Part shown: in pieces, positions 1-8,555 of the stretch
Layout: the number at the start of each line of letters is the position of its first letter
Position numbering within the stretch: the first letter of the stretch is position 1
NCBI GenBank assembly: GCA_016866575.1
Contig: VGMA01000002.1
Span: 1-39,237, forward strand
DNA length: 39,237 nucleotides
Direction of reading: 5' to 3'
Source: Chlamydiota bacterium
GTDB taxonomy: Bacteria; Chlamydiota; Chlamydiia; Chlamydiales; VGMA01
The notes under the pieces: model-generated
Database searches by the model: none
The model's input: only the letters and a program-made list of their open reading frames with translations
Told to the model about the DNA's origin: nothing
Program-made: the position numbers and the translations under genes

Positions 1-706
1 CATTGAAACGTCTTCTAGAAATATCACAGATTTTTTGCCAAACCACAAGGCTTTCACGATTGCCTGATTGGAGCTTTACAACCTCTTCTTGCGCACGTTT
101 TTTGAAGTTAGGGTCAAGGTCAAACTGCTCTTTGGATTTTTTATACCAAACCACCAAATCGTCGAGATTGTATTTTTCATTATCGAGAAGATGGTTTTCT
201 GTTAGATAGCAAATGAGCATGCCAAACTGCGTACCCCAATCTCCCACGTGATTGAGCCGGATTACATCGTGACCAAAGAATTCAAATATTCTAGCTAAGG
301 ATTCTCCGATGATTGTCGAGCGTAAATGTCCTACGTGAAGATCTTTGGCGATATTAGGAGAAGAAAACTCCACAATGACCCTTTTTTTCTTTTCAGGGCG
401 CATCATCCCTAAAAAAGGATCTTGCAAAATCTGCATCAAATCGTGATCCAAGGAATCATTTTTGATTGTGATATTGATAAATCCAGGGCCTGCTATCTCC
501 ATCTTCTCAATCAGTGGACACTTGATCTTTTCAATTACCGCTTGAGCGAGCTCTCTAGGAGAGCATTTTCTATCTTTTGCCAATGAAAGAGCGCTATTGC
601 ACTGGTAGTGGCCAAATTTTTCGTTTGTCGCTTGCGTGATCTCTACTGTTTCAGTAGCAAATCCCTTTTTAAACTCTTCTTCAAGCAAAAATTTTAATGT
701 CTTCAT
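1..706 (-). CDS. argS: arginyl-tRNA synthetase, N-terminal part (runs off the left window edge)
   Basis: Absent from the ORF track because it is open at the edge. My minus-strand translation from ATG 706..704 gives MKTLKFLLEEEFKKGFATETVEITQATNEKFGHYQCNSALSLAKDRKCSPRELAQ. Near 300-360 it reads PNIAKDLHVGHLRSTIIGE, the class-I HIGH region (E. coli ArgRS: PNVAKEMHVGHLRSTIIGD). This is followed by RLNHVGDWGTQFGML. The ATG overlaps the upstream stop (ATGA). Confidence 0.9.
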   Translation of the reverse strand, partial: MKTLKFLLEEEFKKGFATETVEITQATNEKFGHYQCNSALSLAKDRKCSPRELAQAVIEKIKCPLIEKMEIAGPGFINITIKNDSLDHDLMQILQDPFLGMMRPEKKKRVIVEFSSPNIAKDLHVGHLRSTIIGESLARIFEFFGHDVIRLNHVGDWGTQFGMLICYLTENHLLDNEKYNLDDLVVWYKKSKEQFDLDPNFKKRAQEEVVKLQSGNRESLVVWQKICDISRRRFN

Positions 707-1761
707 ACACTCACTGCTTCTACCCTTTTACCTATGCCATAACGAAGGCGATGCTTTGCTAGCTGAATAGCTGCAAAGTCAGTTGTATACCCGTTTGTAT
801 CTGCTATGTGGAACACAGAAAGAAGTCTTTTATAAATTTTATCAACATTTGCTCTTGCGCGCATCGGGTGGTATTCTGCTGTATCCATCTCCATCTGTAC
901 ATTCACAACGCCGCCTGCATTGACGACAAAATCTGGTGCATAAACAATCCCTTTTTTCTTTAAGCGGTAAGCATCATCTGGGGTTAAAAGTTGATTATTA
1001 GCGCACCCTACAATCGCACGGCACTTGCATAAATCGATATTTTTTGCATGGAAAACCCCTCCCATTGCACATGGAGCTAAAATATCGCAGTTCACTTGGG
1101 TGATTTCATCCAATGAGACCTCTACTGCTCCAAAGCGGCGCTTCATTTCTAAAGAGCGTTCTTTATGCATATCACTTACGATAAGCTTTGCACCTTGCCA
1201 AAATAGCAGTTCTGTTAAATAGCCTCCTACTGCACCGACACCTTGAATAGCAATAGTTTTACCCTCTAGACTGTCTGAGCCATCCATATATTCCATTACA
1301 GCTTGCATAGCGCGCATAGTTCCCCATGCTGTATAAGGGCTTGGATTGCCGCTTAGTCCTAGAACATAAGGGGTCACTTCCCGAATAGTTACCACATCTT
1401 GCGGACTGCAGCCGCTATCTTCTGCACAAAAATATTTTCCACCAAGAGAGTGAACGATTTCAGCAAATCTTTTTAAAAGGGCATCTGTCTTTAGCCTTGG
1501 ATCGAGAATAATGACACTTTTGCCTCCGCCAAAGCCGCATTCAGCTAAAGCAGATTTGTAGGTCATCATTTTTGAAAGTCTTAGAGCATCTTCTAGAGCG
1601 GCTTCTTTAGTAGTATAAGGAAATATTCTGATTCCGCCCACTGCCGGCCCTAAAGCTGTGCTATGAATTGCAATATAGCAAGAAAGGCCTACACTGAGAT
1701 CTTCTGCGTAAAGTACTTTTTCATATTCGGCGACTTCGATTTCCTCGATATGAAGAGTCAT
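703..1761 (-). CDS. ldh: Glu/Leu/Phe/Val dehydrogenase family enzyme, leucine dehydrogenase-like
   Basis: ORF 703..1806. Motifs GPAVGGIRIFPY, ECGFGGGKSVII (catalytic Lys region) and the Rossmann motif AIQGVGAVGGYL are present. The ORF-track start at 1806 is a GTG. ATG 1761 (MTLHIEEIEV) is preceded by a GGGGGA Shine-Dalgarno sequence, so I chose it. Confidence 0.85.
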   Translation of the reverse strand: MTLHIEEIEVAEYEKVLYAEDLSVGLSCYIAIHSTALGPAVGGIRIFPYTTKEAALEDALRLSKMMTYKSALAECGFGGGKSVIILDPRLKTDALLKRFAEIVHSLGGKYFCAEDSGCSPQDVVTIREVTPYVLGLSGNPSPYTAWGTMRAMQAVMEYMDGSDSLEGKTIAIQGVGAVGGYLTELLFWQGAKLIVSDMHKERSLEMKRRFGAVEVSLDEITQVNCDILAPCAMGGVFHAKNIDLCKCRAIVGCANNQLLTPDDAYRLKKKGIVYAPDFVVNAGGVVNVQMEMDTAEYHPMRARANVDKIYKRLLSVFHIADTNGYTTDFAAIQLAKHRLRYGIGKRVEAVSV

Positions 1762-1793
1762 AAGCAATATCCCCCTAACTAAAAATTTTTCAG

Positions 1794-1818
1794 AGCATCC
1801 TAGCACAACTAGGATGCT
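1794..1818. promoter_or_regulatory. perfect 10-bp inverted repeat with 5-nt spacer (AGCATCCTAG-CACAA-CTAGGATGCT) in the divergent ldh / 1993-gene control region
   Basis: Read directly from the sequence: arms at 1794..1803 and 1809..1818. It lies 33 nt upstream of the ldh ATG and just downstream of a TATACT -10-like hexamer on the minus strand (1825..1830). Confidence 0.4.
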
Positions 1819-1992
1819 AGGACAAGTATAATCTTTGCTTGCACTATGCGATGAGAAGAGTCAAGAAATTTTAAAAAACCCCTTGTTTTCTAAAAAACTT
1901 TTGCTAATTTATTGGAGTTTACCACCTCTACTTTAATTCATTTGTGAATAATTAATGAACGCGGTAAGCTTTCACCAAAATGGAGTATTACA

Positions 1993-2757
1993 ATGGGCAA
2001 AATGGTCGTTTCAGATCCACTCATGGCCGAGCTTGAAGCCTACTTAAGAAAAAATCGCAAAGCGGATTTGATGAGTACATATCTGCTATTTCTAGAAAAA
2101 AAATTCCATCTCGACCCTGTTGTTTTCGGGCGTGAAAAAAAGATTTACCAAAGTGAAGATGAGCTTGTCAAATTGCTCGAACAAGAAAACAAACTTTGGC
2201 GCGAAACTGAAATCAAAATCCAGGTCGGAGCTCCTACTGTTAATTCCGAAACCACCCGCATCTATATCTGTCCTTTCTCAGGGAAAGTATTCGGAGACAA
2301 CACACATCCAAACCCGCAAGATGCCATTTACGACTGGGTTTCAAACTGCAAAGAAAACACTGAACGCAAAGATGGGATGAAAGTAAAGAAATTTTACGTT
2401 TCAGAAGATCCTGAAGTAATCAAAAATTACATTCAAGTGCGTCGCGAACCGATCACAAAAACTGTTTATACATCCGTTGTGACAGGTAAATTATTCAATA
2501 GCAAAAAAGCTGTAGTAGAGGACTTCCTCAAATACCAAATCAAACACGTCCGCTTTTCAGACATTACGAAACAGAACCGATTTGAAATTGAAGAACATTT
2601 CCTTGAATTCATCCAAAAACACCTTGACGAAACCAAAATTTCAGCCTTCGTAGAAAGTCTAAGTGGTCATGAAGCTTTCATCCGCCACATCGAGCGCTGG
2701 ACAGAAGAGCAGTCAGAAAGTTCGTCAGAGGCTGATGAAGACGAGGATGATCAGTAA
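1993..2757 (+). CDS. hypothetical protein with acidic C-terminal tail (SESSSEADEDEDDQ); first gene of the tsaE-engB-dnaQ-like cluster
   Basis: 254-aa ORF with a GGAG sequence 8 nt upstream of the ATG. I recognise no family motif. The downstream gene overlaps its 3' end. Confidence 0.7.
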   Translation: MGKMVVSDPLMAELEAYLRKNRKADLMSTYLLFLEKKFHLDPVVFGREKKIYQSEDELVKLLEQENKLWRETEIKIQVGAPTVNSETTRIYICPFSGKVFGDNTHPNPQDAIYDWVSNCKENTERKDGMKVKKFYVSEDPEVIKNYIQVRREPITKTVYTSVVTGKLFNSKKAVVEDFLKYQIKHVRFSDITKQNRFEIEEHFLEFIQKHLDETKISAFVESLSGHEAFIRHIERWTEEQSESSSEADEDEDDQ

Positions 2758-3160
2758 ATCTCTCTTAGAGACAGCTCAGTTTGCAGAAGAAACAGCAAAA
2801 AAGCTCACTCCCGGTACGCTCATCGCTTTGTATGGAACGATGGGCTCCGGAAAAACGACATTTGCGAAAGGGATCATTTCTTTTTTAACAGAAATTCAAG
2901 AAGAAACGATCACCTCTCCAACCTTTACCTACATGCATCTTTATGAAACCAAAACAAAAGATGTCGTTTGCCACTTTGACCTCTACCGCCTCAACAATAG
3001 CGAAGACTTTCTGATGGCAGGTTTTGAGGAATATTTACATGCGCCTTATATCACGTTGATAGAGTGGCCCGAAAGAATCGAAGATTTATTGATCATGCCC
3101 CATAAAAAAATTGTCCTATCTGTCATTGATGAAGAAACAAGGAGTTTTTCATGTTCCTAG
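2747..3160 (+). CDS. tsaE: tRNA t6A37 threonylcarbamoyltransferase complex ATPase TsaE (YjeE)
   Basis: Walker A motif GTMGSGKTTFAKG, then SPTFTYMHLYE, CHFDLYRL and LIEWPERI, which is the typical TsaE layout. The ORF-track start at 2663 lies inside the upstream gene. In-frame ATGs at 2735 and 2747 are more plausible, but the start remains uncertain. Confidence 0.85.
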   Translation: MISKSLLETAQFAEETAKKLTPGTLIALYGTMGSGKTTFAKGIISFLTEIQEETITSPTFTYMHLYETKTKDVVCHFDLYRLNNSEDFLMAGFEEYLHAPYITLIEWPERIEDLLIMPHKKIVLSVIDEETRSFSCS

Positions 3161-3714
3161 GCTCATTTTGCGCACCTCCTTACCCTAAAATTTCTAAAGC
3201 TATTGTTTTTGTAGGACGCTCTAATGTAGGAAAATCCTCTTTGATCAACCACTTAACTGCGATTAAAAATCTCGCTAAGACCTCCTCTACCCCAGGAAAA
3301 ACTCAGCACATCAATTTCTTTTTGATCCAAAATCGCTTTCACTACGTAGATCTTCCTGGATACGGTTTTGCCAAAGCTTCCAAAACTCGGCAAAATGCTT
3401 GGAGCAAAAACATTCAATGTTTTTTAGAATCAAGCAATGATATTGGTGTCATCATACAGCTTCTTGACATTCGACATATGCCCTCAGAAGAAGATATGCA
3501 AATGATTGAATGGTGCTGCAATGCAGAATTTCCTATTCTTTTTGTTTTAACAAAACTCGACAAGATCCCCACAACTAAACAAGCCTCAACGGTCCAAGCG
3601 TTCACTAAACTACTAGAAGAAGTTGTAGAAAATCCTGTTGTAATACCCTATACCATTAAAGATTCAGCCGGCAAAGATCGGCTATTAACTATGATCCAAA
3701 AGGCCACAAAATGA
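3151..3714 (+). CDS. engB: ribosome biogenesis GTPase EngB/YsxC
   Basis: G1 motif GRSNVGKSSLIN, G3 motif DLPGYGF and G4 motif TKLDK. An AAGGAG sequence lies 7 nt upstream. The gene overlaps tsaE by 10 nt. Confidence 0.9.
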   Translation: MFLGSFCAPPYPKISKAIVFVGRSNVGKSSLINHLTAIKNLAKTSSTPGKTQHINFFLIQNRFHYVDLPGYGFAKASKTRQNAWSKNIQCFLESSNDIGVIIQLLDIRHMPSEEDMQMIEWCCNAEFPILFVLTKLDKIPTTKQASTVQAFTKLLEEVVENPVVIPYTIKDSAGKDRLLTMIQKATK

Positions 3715-4457
3715 AAAAGCAAACCTTTGTCTGCGTCGATCTAGAACTTACTGGACTTAGTGTAGAGACCGATAGAATCATTGAAGTAGCTGTTGCCAAA
3801 TTCAACCTTGAAGAGATCTTTAGCACTTACGAAACGCTAGTTGACCCAGAAACTGCAATACCTGAAGCTTCTATGGCAATCCATCACATTTCTAATGAAA
3901 TGGTGCAAGGCAAACCAAAAATCGCTGAGGTGCTTCCTGAAGTACTTTCATTGCTTAAAAATGAAGTGATCATTGGTCACGGCATCGGCTTTGATCTCGC
4001 TGTGCTTGAAAAAGAAGCCATCAGATCTGGCATCCATGTCAATTTCCCTAAAGACCGCGTGATTGATACCTTAAGACTTGCAAGATTGTATGGACAAAGC
4101 CCTACTAACTCTTTAGAAATGCTTCGCCACCACTTCAATATTGAACCGGAAGGTGCGCACCGCGCGATGAGCGATGTAGTGGTCAATATCAAAGTATTCA
4201 AATACTTAACTATGCAATTTCGCTCTCTTTCCGAGCTTCTTGATAGACTCAAACACCCTATTTTGATGAAAGCTATGCCCCTTGGAAAGCACAAAGGGAG
4301 AACCTTTGCAGAATTGCCCCTTGACTATCTTCGCTGGGCCGTTAGACAAGAGTTTGACCAGGATTTGATCTTTTCCTTACAGACAGAGCTCAAAAAAAGA
4401 AAGCGGGGCACAGGGTTTTCTCAAAGCTGTAGACCTTTTGAAAATATCGATTTATAG
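3711..4457 (+). CDS. DnaQ/DEDDh-family 3'-5' exonuclease (Pol III epsilon-like) with extra C-terminal domain
   Basis: ExoI motif VCVDLELTGL, ExoII motif IIGHGIGFDLAVL and ExoIII motif HRAMSDV. The C-terminal segment MPLGKHKGRTFAELPLDYLRWAV resembles the DUF3820-type motif as I remember it. ATGA overlap with engB. Confidence 0.85.
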   Translation: MKKQTFVCVDLELTGLSVETDRIIEVAVAKFNLEEIFSTYETLVDPETAIPEASMAIHHISNEMVQGKPKIAEVLPEVLSLLKNEVIIGHGIGFDLAVLEKEAIRSGIHVNFPKDRVIDTLRLARLYGQSPTNSLEMLRHHFNIEPEGAHRAMSDVVVNIKVFKYLTMQFRSLSELLDRLKHPILMKAMPLGKHKGRTFAELPLDYLRWAVRQEFDQDLIFSLQTELKKRKRGTGFSQSCRPFENIDL

Positions 4458-4468
4458 ATCGATAAAGC

Positions 4469-4906
4469 TCAATGGTGCGCTCGAATTACCGTATTTAGCT
4501 GCTTAACTAACGTATTTTTTTCTTGGTCCGTTAAATAGATCGCACCTGATTTTTCATCAAAAGATCTCTTTTTTATAGCTTCTTGAGATTCACTACTGCC
4601 TTGTATTGTTTCGAGCTTTTCTTTGATAGCTTTGAGCTTTTCACTAGAATCACCTTCGTAGTTGACCAAGCGGACGTTGCCATTTTTTTGAAAGCTCAAA
4701 CCATGCTGCTGCCAAAACTCAGCGCTGTGGGCGTCATTTTGAGAAAAAATCCCTTGCATCTGATCGTAAAAGTTTTGCACATCAAATTGTTCAAAGCCGT
4801 TATCATCTAGCCACGTTTGGTAGTCTTGCGTATCTTCACTATTGATGGAAGTATTTGCATCTTGCTCAGAACTAGCAGTTTTGCTTAAAGGGTCTATTGG
4901 CATCAT
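4469..4906 (-). CDS. hypothetical acidic protein (145 aa)
   Basis: Long ORF convergent with the exonuclease gene. An AGGAG sequence lies upstream of the ATG (revcomp of 4914-4918). No motif recognised. Confidence 0.6.
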   Translation of the reverse strand: MMPIDPLSKTASSEQDANTSINSEDTQDYQTWLDDNGFEQFDVQNFYDQMQGIFSQNDAHSAEFWQQHGLSFQKNGNVRLVNYEGDSSEKLKAIKEKLETIQGSSESQEAIKKRSFDEKSGAIYLTDQEKNTLVKQLNTVIRAHH

Positions 4907-5089
4907 TTCTGATCACTCCTGTTATCTATACTAAAAAAAATACCATGTATTAAATACAAATGATTTGATATGTTCCTTGTTATAAGAGAGTTTATTCCAC
5001 CATCTGCTTTTTGAAAAATTAGCACATTGATTATGAACATGCTTAATCTCTTTAATTACCCATCAATAAAAAGTTGAGGATTTTTAGGT

Positions 5090-6262
5090 ATGGAGCTCCC
5101 TGTTATTGATTCTATTAACTTTGCGGGTGAAAAAGTCCTTGTGAGAGTAGACTTCAACGTCCCTATCGAAAACGGATCTGTAACAGATGCCACAAGAATC
5201 AAGGAAGCTTTACCAACCCTTCAAAAGGTTTTAGCAACAAACGGCAGCCTTATCCTGCTGAGCCATCTTGGAAGACCTCAAGGCAAAAGGGATATAAAAT
5301 ATTCTTTAGCGCCTGTTGCTAAAGAGCTTGCTTCTATTTTACAAACACCTGTCAAAATGGCTAGCGATGTGATTGGCAGTGAAGTTAAAGCTATGGCTTT
5401 GGCCCTTAAGCCAAAAGAGGTGCTTCTTTTAGAAAATCTTCGCTTTTACGAAGCTGAAGAAAATCCAGAAAAAGATCCTTCCTTTGCTAAACAATTAGCC
5501 GAACTTGGCACCTTCTATATCAACGATGCTTTTGGCGCAGCCCATAGAGCTCATGCTTCAACAGCTGATATTGTTCAATATTTTCCTAAAAAAAGATGCG
5601 CCGGTCTATTGATGGAAAAAGAAGTTACTATTTTAACAAAAATTTTTCAAAATCCGGATCGTCCTTTTTACGCCCTGATTGGAGGCGCTAAAGTGGGCAG
5701 CAAGATGGGAGTGCTCTATGCTTTATTAGAAAAAGCTGACGCTCTTTTTATCGGCGGAGCGATGGCTTTTACTTTTTTTAAAGCTCAAGAAAAAAATGTA
5801 GGTGCATCATTAGTCGATTACGAGCACATCCATACAGCTAAAAAAATTCTTGATAAAGCATTAGAGAAAAAAAACCCTATTTACCTGCCCATCGATATCG
5901 TTACAGAAAATCATGGCACTATTGAGACAAATAAAGATTTTCCGATAGATGCAAAAGGGGTAGACATCGGAGAAAAAACCATCGAAAAATGGCAAAACTT
6001 GATGCAGGGTGCAAAGACAGTTTTTTGGAACGGACCGATGGGTATTTTTGAAGTTTCTCCATTTGAAAAAGGGACCTTTGCGATGGCAAAAGCGATTTCT
6101 TCTTTATCTGCTACCACTGTTATAGGAGGCGGAGATTCTGCATACGCTGCCGAAAAATCAGGTCTTAGTAAAAAATTTACACACGTCTCTACAGGTGGCG
6201 GCGCTGCTCTTGAATTTATTGAATTTGGCTCGCTAACTGCCATCGACTTTTTAAAGAAATAA
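5090..6262 (+). CDS. pgk: phosphoglycerate kinase
   Basis: VRVDFNVP, LSHLGRP, NDAFGAAHRAH and the C-terminal STGGGAALEF motif. A GAGGA Shine-Dalgarno sequence lies upstream. Confidence 0.97.
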   Translation: MELPVIDSINFAGEKVLVRVDFNVPIENGSVTDATRIKEALPTLQKVLATNGSLILLSHLGRPQGKRDIKYSLAPVAKELASILQTPVKMASDVIGSEVKAMALALKPKEVLLLENLRFYEAEENPEKDPSFAKQLAELGTFYINDAFGAAHRAHASTADIVQYFPKKRCAGLLMEKEVTILTKIFQNPDRPFYALIGGAKVGSKMGVLYALLEKADALFIGGAMAFTFFKAQEKNVGASLVDYEHIHTAKKILDKALEKKNPIYLPIDIVTENHGTIETNKDFPIDAKGVDIGEKTIEKWQNLMQGAKTVFWNGPMGIFEVSPFEKGTFAMAKAISSLSATTVIGGGDSAYAAEKSGLSKKFTHVSTGGGAALEFIEFGSLTAIDFLKK

Positions 6263-6321
6263 TTTTTTTGTGGAAGATATCTGATAAACAGGTATAATTG
6301 ACGGCGAAGGGAGGGCCATTT

Positions 6322-6347
6322 GCTCAAGAATCTATTGAGCTGTTTTT
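6322..6347 (+). terminator. weak hairpin plus T-tract downstream of pgk / in the npt leader
   Basis: GCTCAA (6322-27), 7-nt loop, TTGAGC (6335-40), followed by TGTTTTTATT. The stem is only 6 bp. Confidence 0.3.
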
Positions 6348-6420
6348 ATTCTACTATCACAATCGGCGCCCCCCTATATCCAAATAATATTGTTCAAATC
6401 CCCACACATAGGCAAGCTAT

Positions 6421-7974
6421 ATGACTTCTGCAACTACAGAAGAGTTTGGTAGGTTACGATCACTATTTTGGCCAATCCATCGGTTTGAGCTCAAAAAGTT
6501 CTTCCCGATGCTCGTGATATATTCCTTGATCGTCTTTAACTACAGCATACTTCGTGCTGCTAAAGACGCTCTTGTGATTACAGCGCCTGCTTCAGGAGCT
6601 GAAGCAATACCGTTTATTAAAGTATGGGCAATTTTGCCTATGGCGGTATTGTTAACATATATATTCACAAGGCTATCGAATCGCTTCCATCGCGATAAAG
6701 TATTTTATATCATGATGGCGGGGTTTTTAACGTTCTATGCCCTTTTTACCTTTGTCTTATACCCGCTTCGCGACTATTTGCATCCGCATGAATTTGCAGA
6801 TAGGCTCCAAGCTTCGCTTCCAAAAGGCTTTAGCGGCCTTGTGGCTGTGTTCCGAAATTGGACATTCACACTATTTTATGTGATGTCTGAACTTTGGGGA
6901 ACCACCATTATGAGCGTTCTTTTCTGGGGATTTGCTAATGAAGTCACATCTGTAAAAGATGCAAAAAGATACTATGCAATTCTTGGACTTGGAGCAAACA
7001 TCGGAACGATGCTAGCAGGTCAGCTTGCGATCATTTTATCGTCTGAAAAACTCTATCAGACTATATCGATTGTGCAAGATCGCTGGGGACAAAGTTTAAT
7101 TTTACTTACCATCTTGGTAATTTGTACGGGAGTAGCAGCGATTGCTCTGTATCGATATTTAACGACTAAAGTCTTTAAAAATGAAGAGCTAGATCAACAC
7201 GAAGAAGAAAAAGCAGAACTGAAAATGGGTATGCGAAAAAACTTTGCTTATCTAGCGCAGTCCCGCTATTTGATCTACATTGCTGTATTGGTGCTTGCAT
7301 ACAACATTTCTTTAAACCTTATCGAAGTTGTATGGAAAGATCAACTTAGAGCGCTTTGCCCAGATCCTGCTGACTACAATGCGTATATGGGAAGAGTCCT
7401 TATTTTTATCGGCCTGACCTCTACGATTGTCTCAGCTTTTATTTGCGGCAATGTGATTAGAAAATATGGCTGGACCGTTAGCGCGCTTTGCACACCGATT
7501 ATTTTGCTTGTTACCGGTATACTGTTTTTTTCTTTCTTGCTATTCAACCACATCCCCTCCATCGGGATCGTTGCTGCTTGGCTTGGGGCATCTCCTCTTA
7601 GTCTTTGCGTTTTCTTTGGTGCAATGCAAAACTGCTTTTCAAGGGCAGGAAAATTCACCTTCTTTGATGCAACTAAAGAAATTGCTTTTATCCCTCTTAG
7701 CAGAGAATCAAAGCTCAAAGGAAAAGCTGCTATTGACGGCGTAGGATCAAGACTTGGAAAATCAGGCGGATCTTTTGTCCACCAGTGCCTTCTAATGGTT
7801 TTTGGCTCAGTCTCATTGAGCACTCCTTATGTAGCTGTGATATTAGCGCTTGTGTTTGTCGGATGGATCGCTGCCGTAAAAGGGCTTGGCCACTTGTTTG
7901 CCGAAGTTTCTGATGAAACTAGACCAACTAGAGCCAATACTCCAAAAACAACTTATGCGGAAGCTTCATCATGA
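6421..7974 (+). CDS. npt: nucleotide transport protein, TLC/Npt family (ATP/ADP translocase-type)
   Basis: 517-aa protein with about 12 TM segments. It carries the family signatures AKDALVIT, IPFIKVW, ELWGTTIMSVLFWGFANEVT and FFDATKEIAFIPL. Confidence 0.93.
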   Translation: MTSATTEEFGRLRSLFWPIHRFELKKFFPMLVIYSLIVFNYSILRAAKDALVITAPASGAEAIPFIKVWAILPMAVLLTYIFTRLSNRFHRDKVFYIMMAGFLTFYALFTFVLYPLRDYLHPHEFADRLQASLPKGFSGLVAVFRNWTFTLFYVMSELWGTTIMSVLFWGFANEVTSVKDAKRYYAILGLGANIGTMLAGQLAIILSSEKLYQTISIVQDRWGQSLILLTILVICTGVAAIALYRYLTTKVFKNEELDQHEEEKAELKMGMRKNFAYLAQSRYLIYIAVLVLAYNISLNLIEVVWKDQLRALCPDPADYNAYMGRVLIFIGLTSTIVSAFICGNVIRKYGWTVSALCTPIILLVTGILFFSFLLFNHIPSIGIVAAWLGASPLSLCVFFGAMQNCFSRAGKFTFFDATKEIAFIPLSRESKLKGKAAIDGVGSRLGKSGGSFVHQCLLMVFGSVSLSTPYVAVILALVFVGWIAAVKGLGHLFAEVSDETRPTRANTPKTTYAEASS

Positions 7975-8555
7975 TGCATCAAATAGCAGAGTTTTTATTG
8001 AGCAATCAAGAGATCGCCCTTCCGGTGATGATGCTTCTTATTCTCTCTGCTGCTGTAGGAGTTCCTGTTAGTATTGATATACTGCTAATCATTACTGCCA
8101 TACTTGCTACAAATTTTGATCCCAAGACCATCATTTTTTGGTTTGTCTGTTACAATATAGCTTGCATAGCAGCTTCAAGTATAGCCTACTGGATAGGAAG
8201 ACTTGGCGTCAGAAGGGTCAAACCGTTTGCCCCTTTTGTTGAGAAAATGCAAAAATATTATGACAGATTTGGCATATGGACGGTGTTTTTTGTAAGATTC
8301 ATTCCGTTTGGCGCAAGAAACATCGTTTACTACACTTCAGGCATGGCAAAACTCTCGTATGTAAAATTTTTAGTATGCGATATTTTTGCCTGCTTTCTTT
8401 GGTCTGGAATTTTCTTTACGATTTTTTACAATATTTCTGAATCGCTAGAAAGTCTTATGGCGACCCAAAAATCGATAAATTTGATTATTTTTTGTACTTT
8501 CGCTGTGGCTGTAATTGGTGCTTTTTGTTATAAATTCACCAAACGCAGATGTTAA
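7971..8555 (+). CDS. DedA/VTT-domain membrane protein
   Basis: Multi-TM protein with FVRFIPFGARNIVYYTSGMAK, typical of the DedA family. ATGA overlap with npt. Confidence 0.8.
   Translation: MMHQIAEFLLSNQEIALPVMMLLILSAAVGVPVSIDILLIITAILATNFDPKTIIFWFVCYNIACIAASSIAYWIGRLGVRRVKPFAPFVEKMQKYYDRFGIWTVFFVRFIPFGARNIVYYTSGMAKLSYVKFLVCDIFACFLWSGIFFTIFYNISESLESLMATQKSINLIIFCTFAVAVIGAFCYKFTKRRC

Noticed and set aside
5911-6327. 138-aa minus-strand ORF antisense to pgk. Similar antisense or alternative-frame ORFs occur at 3..209, 1025..1222, 2120..2380, 3414..3605, 3977..4294, 4583..4810, 7374..7823, 7466..7744, 11328..11702, 12240..12518, 13048..13449, 13943..14263, 17140..17463, 29105..29924, 31874..32223 and 34168..35353.
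   Set aside because: All lie inside strongly supported genes on the other strand or in another frame. Their sequences are low-complexity or odd, they have no Shine-Dalgarno sequence and no motifs. They are typical shadow ORFs.
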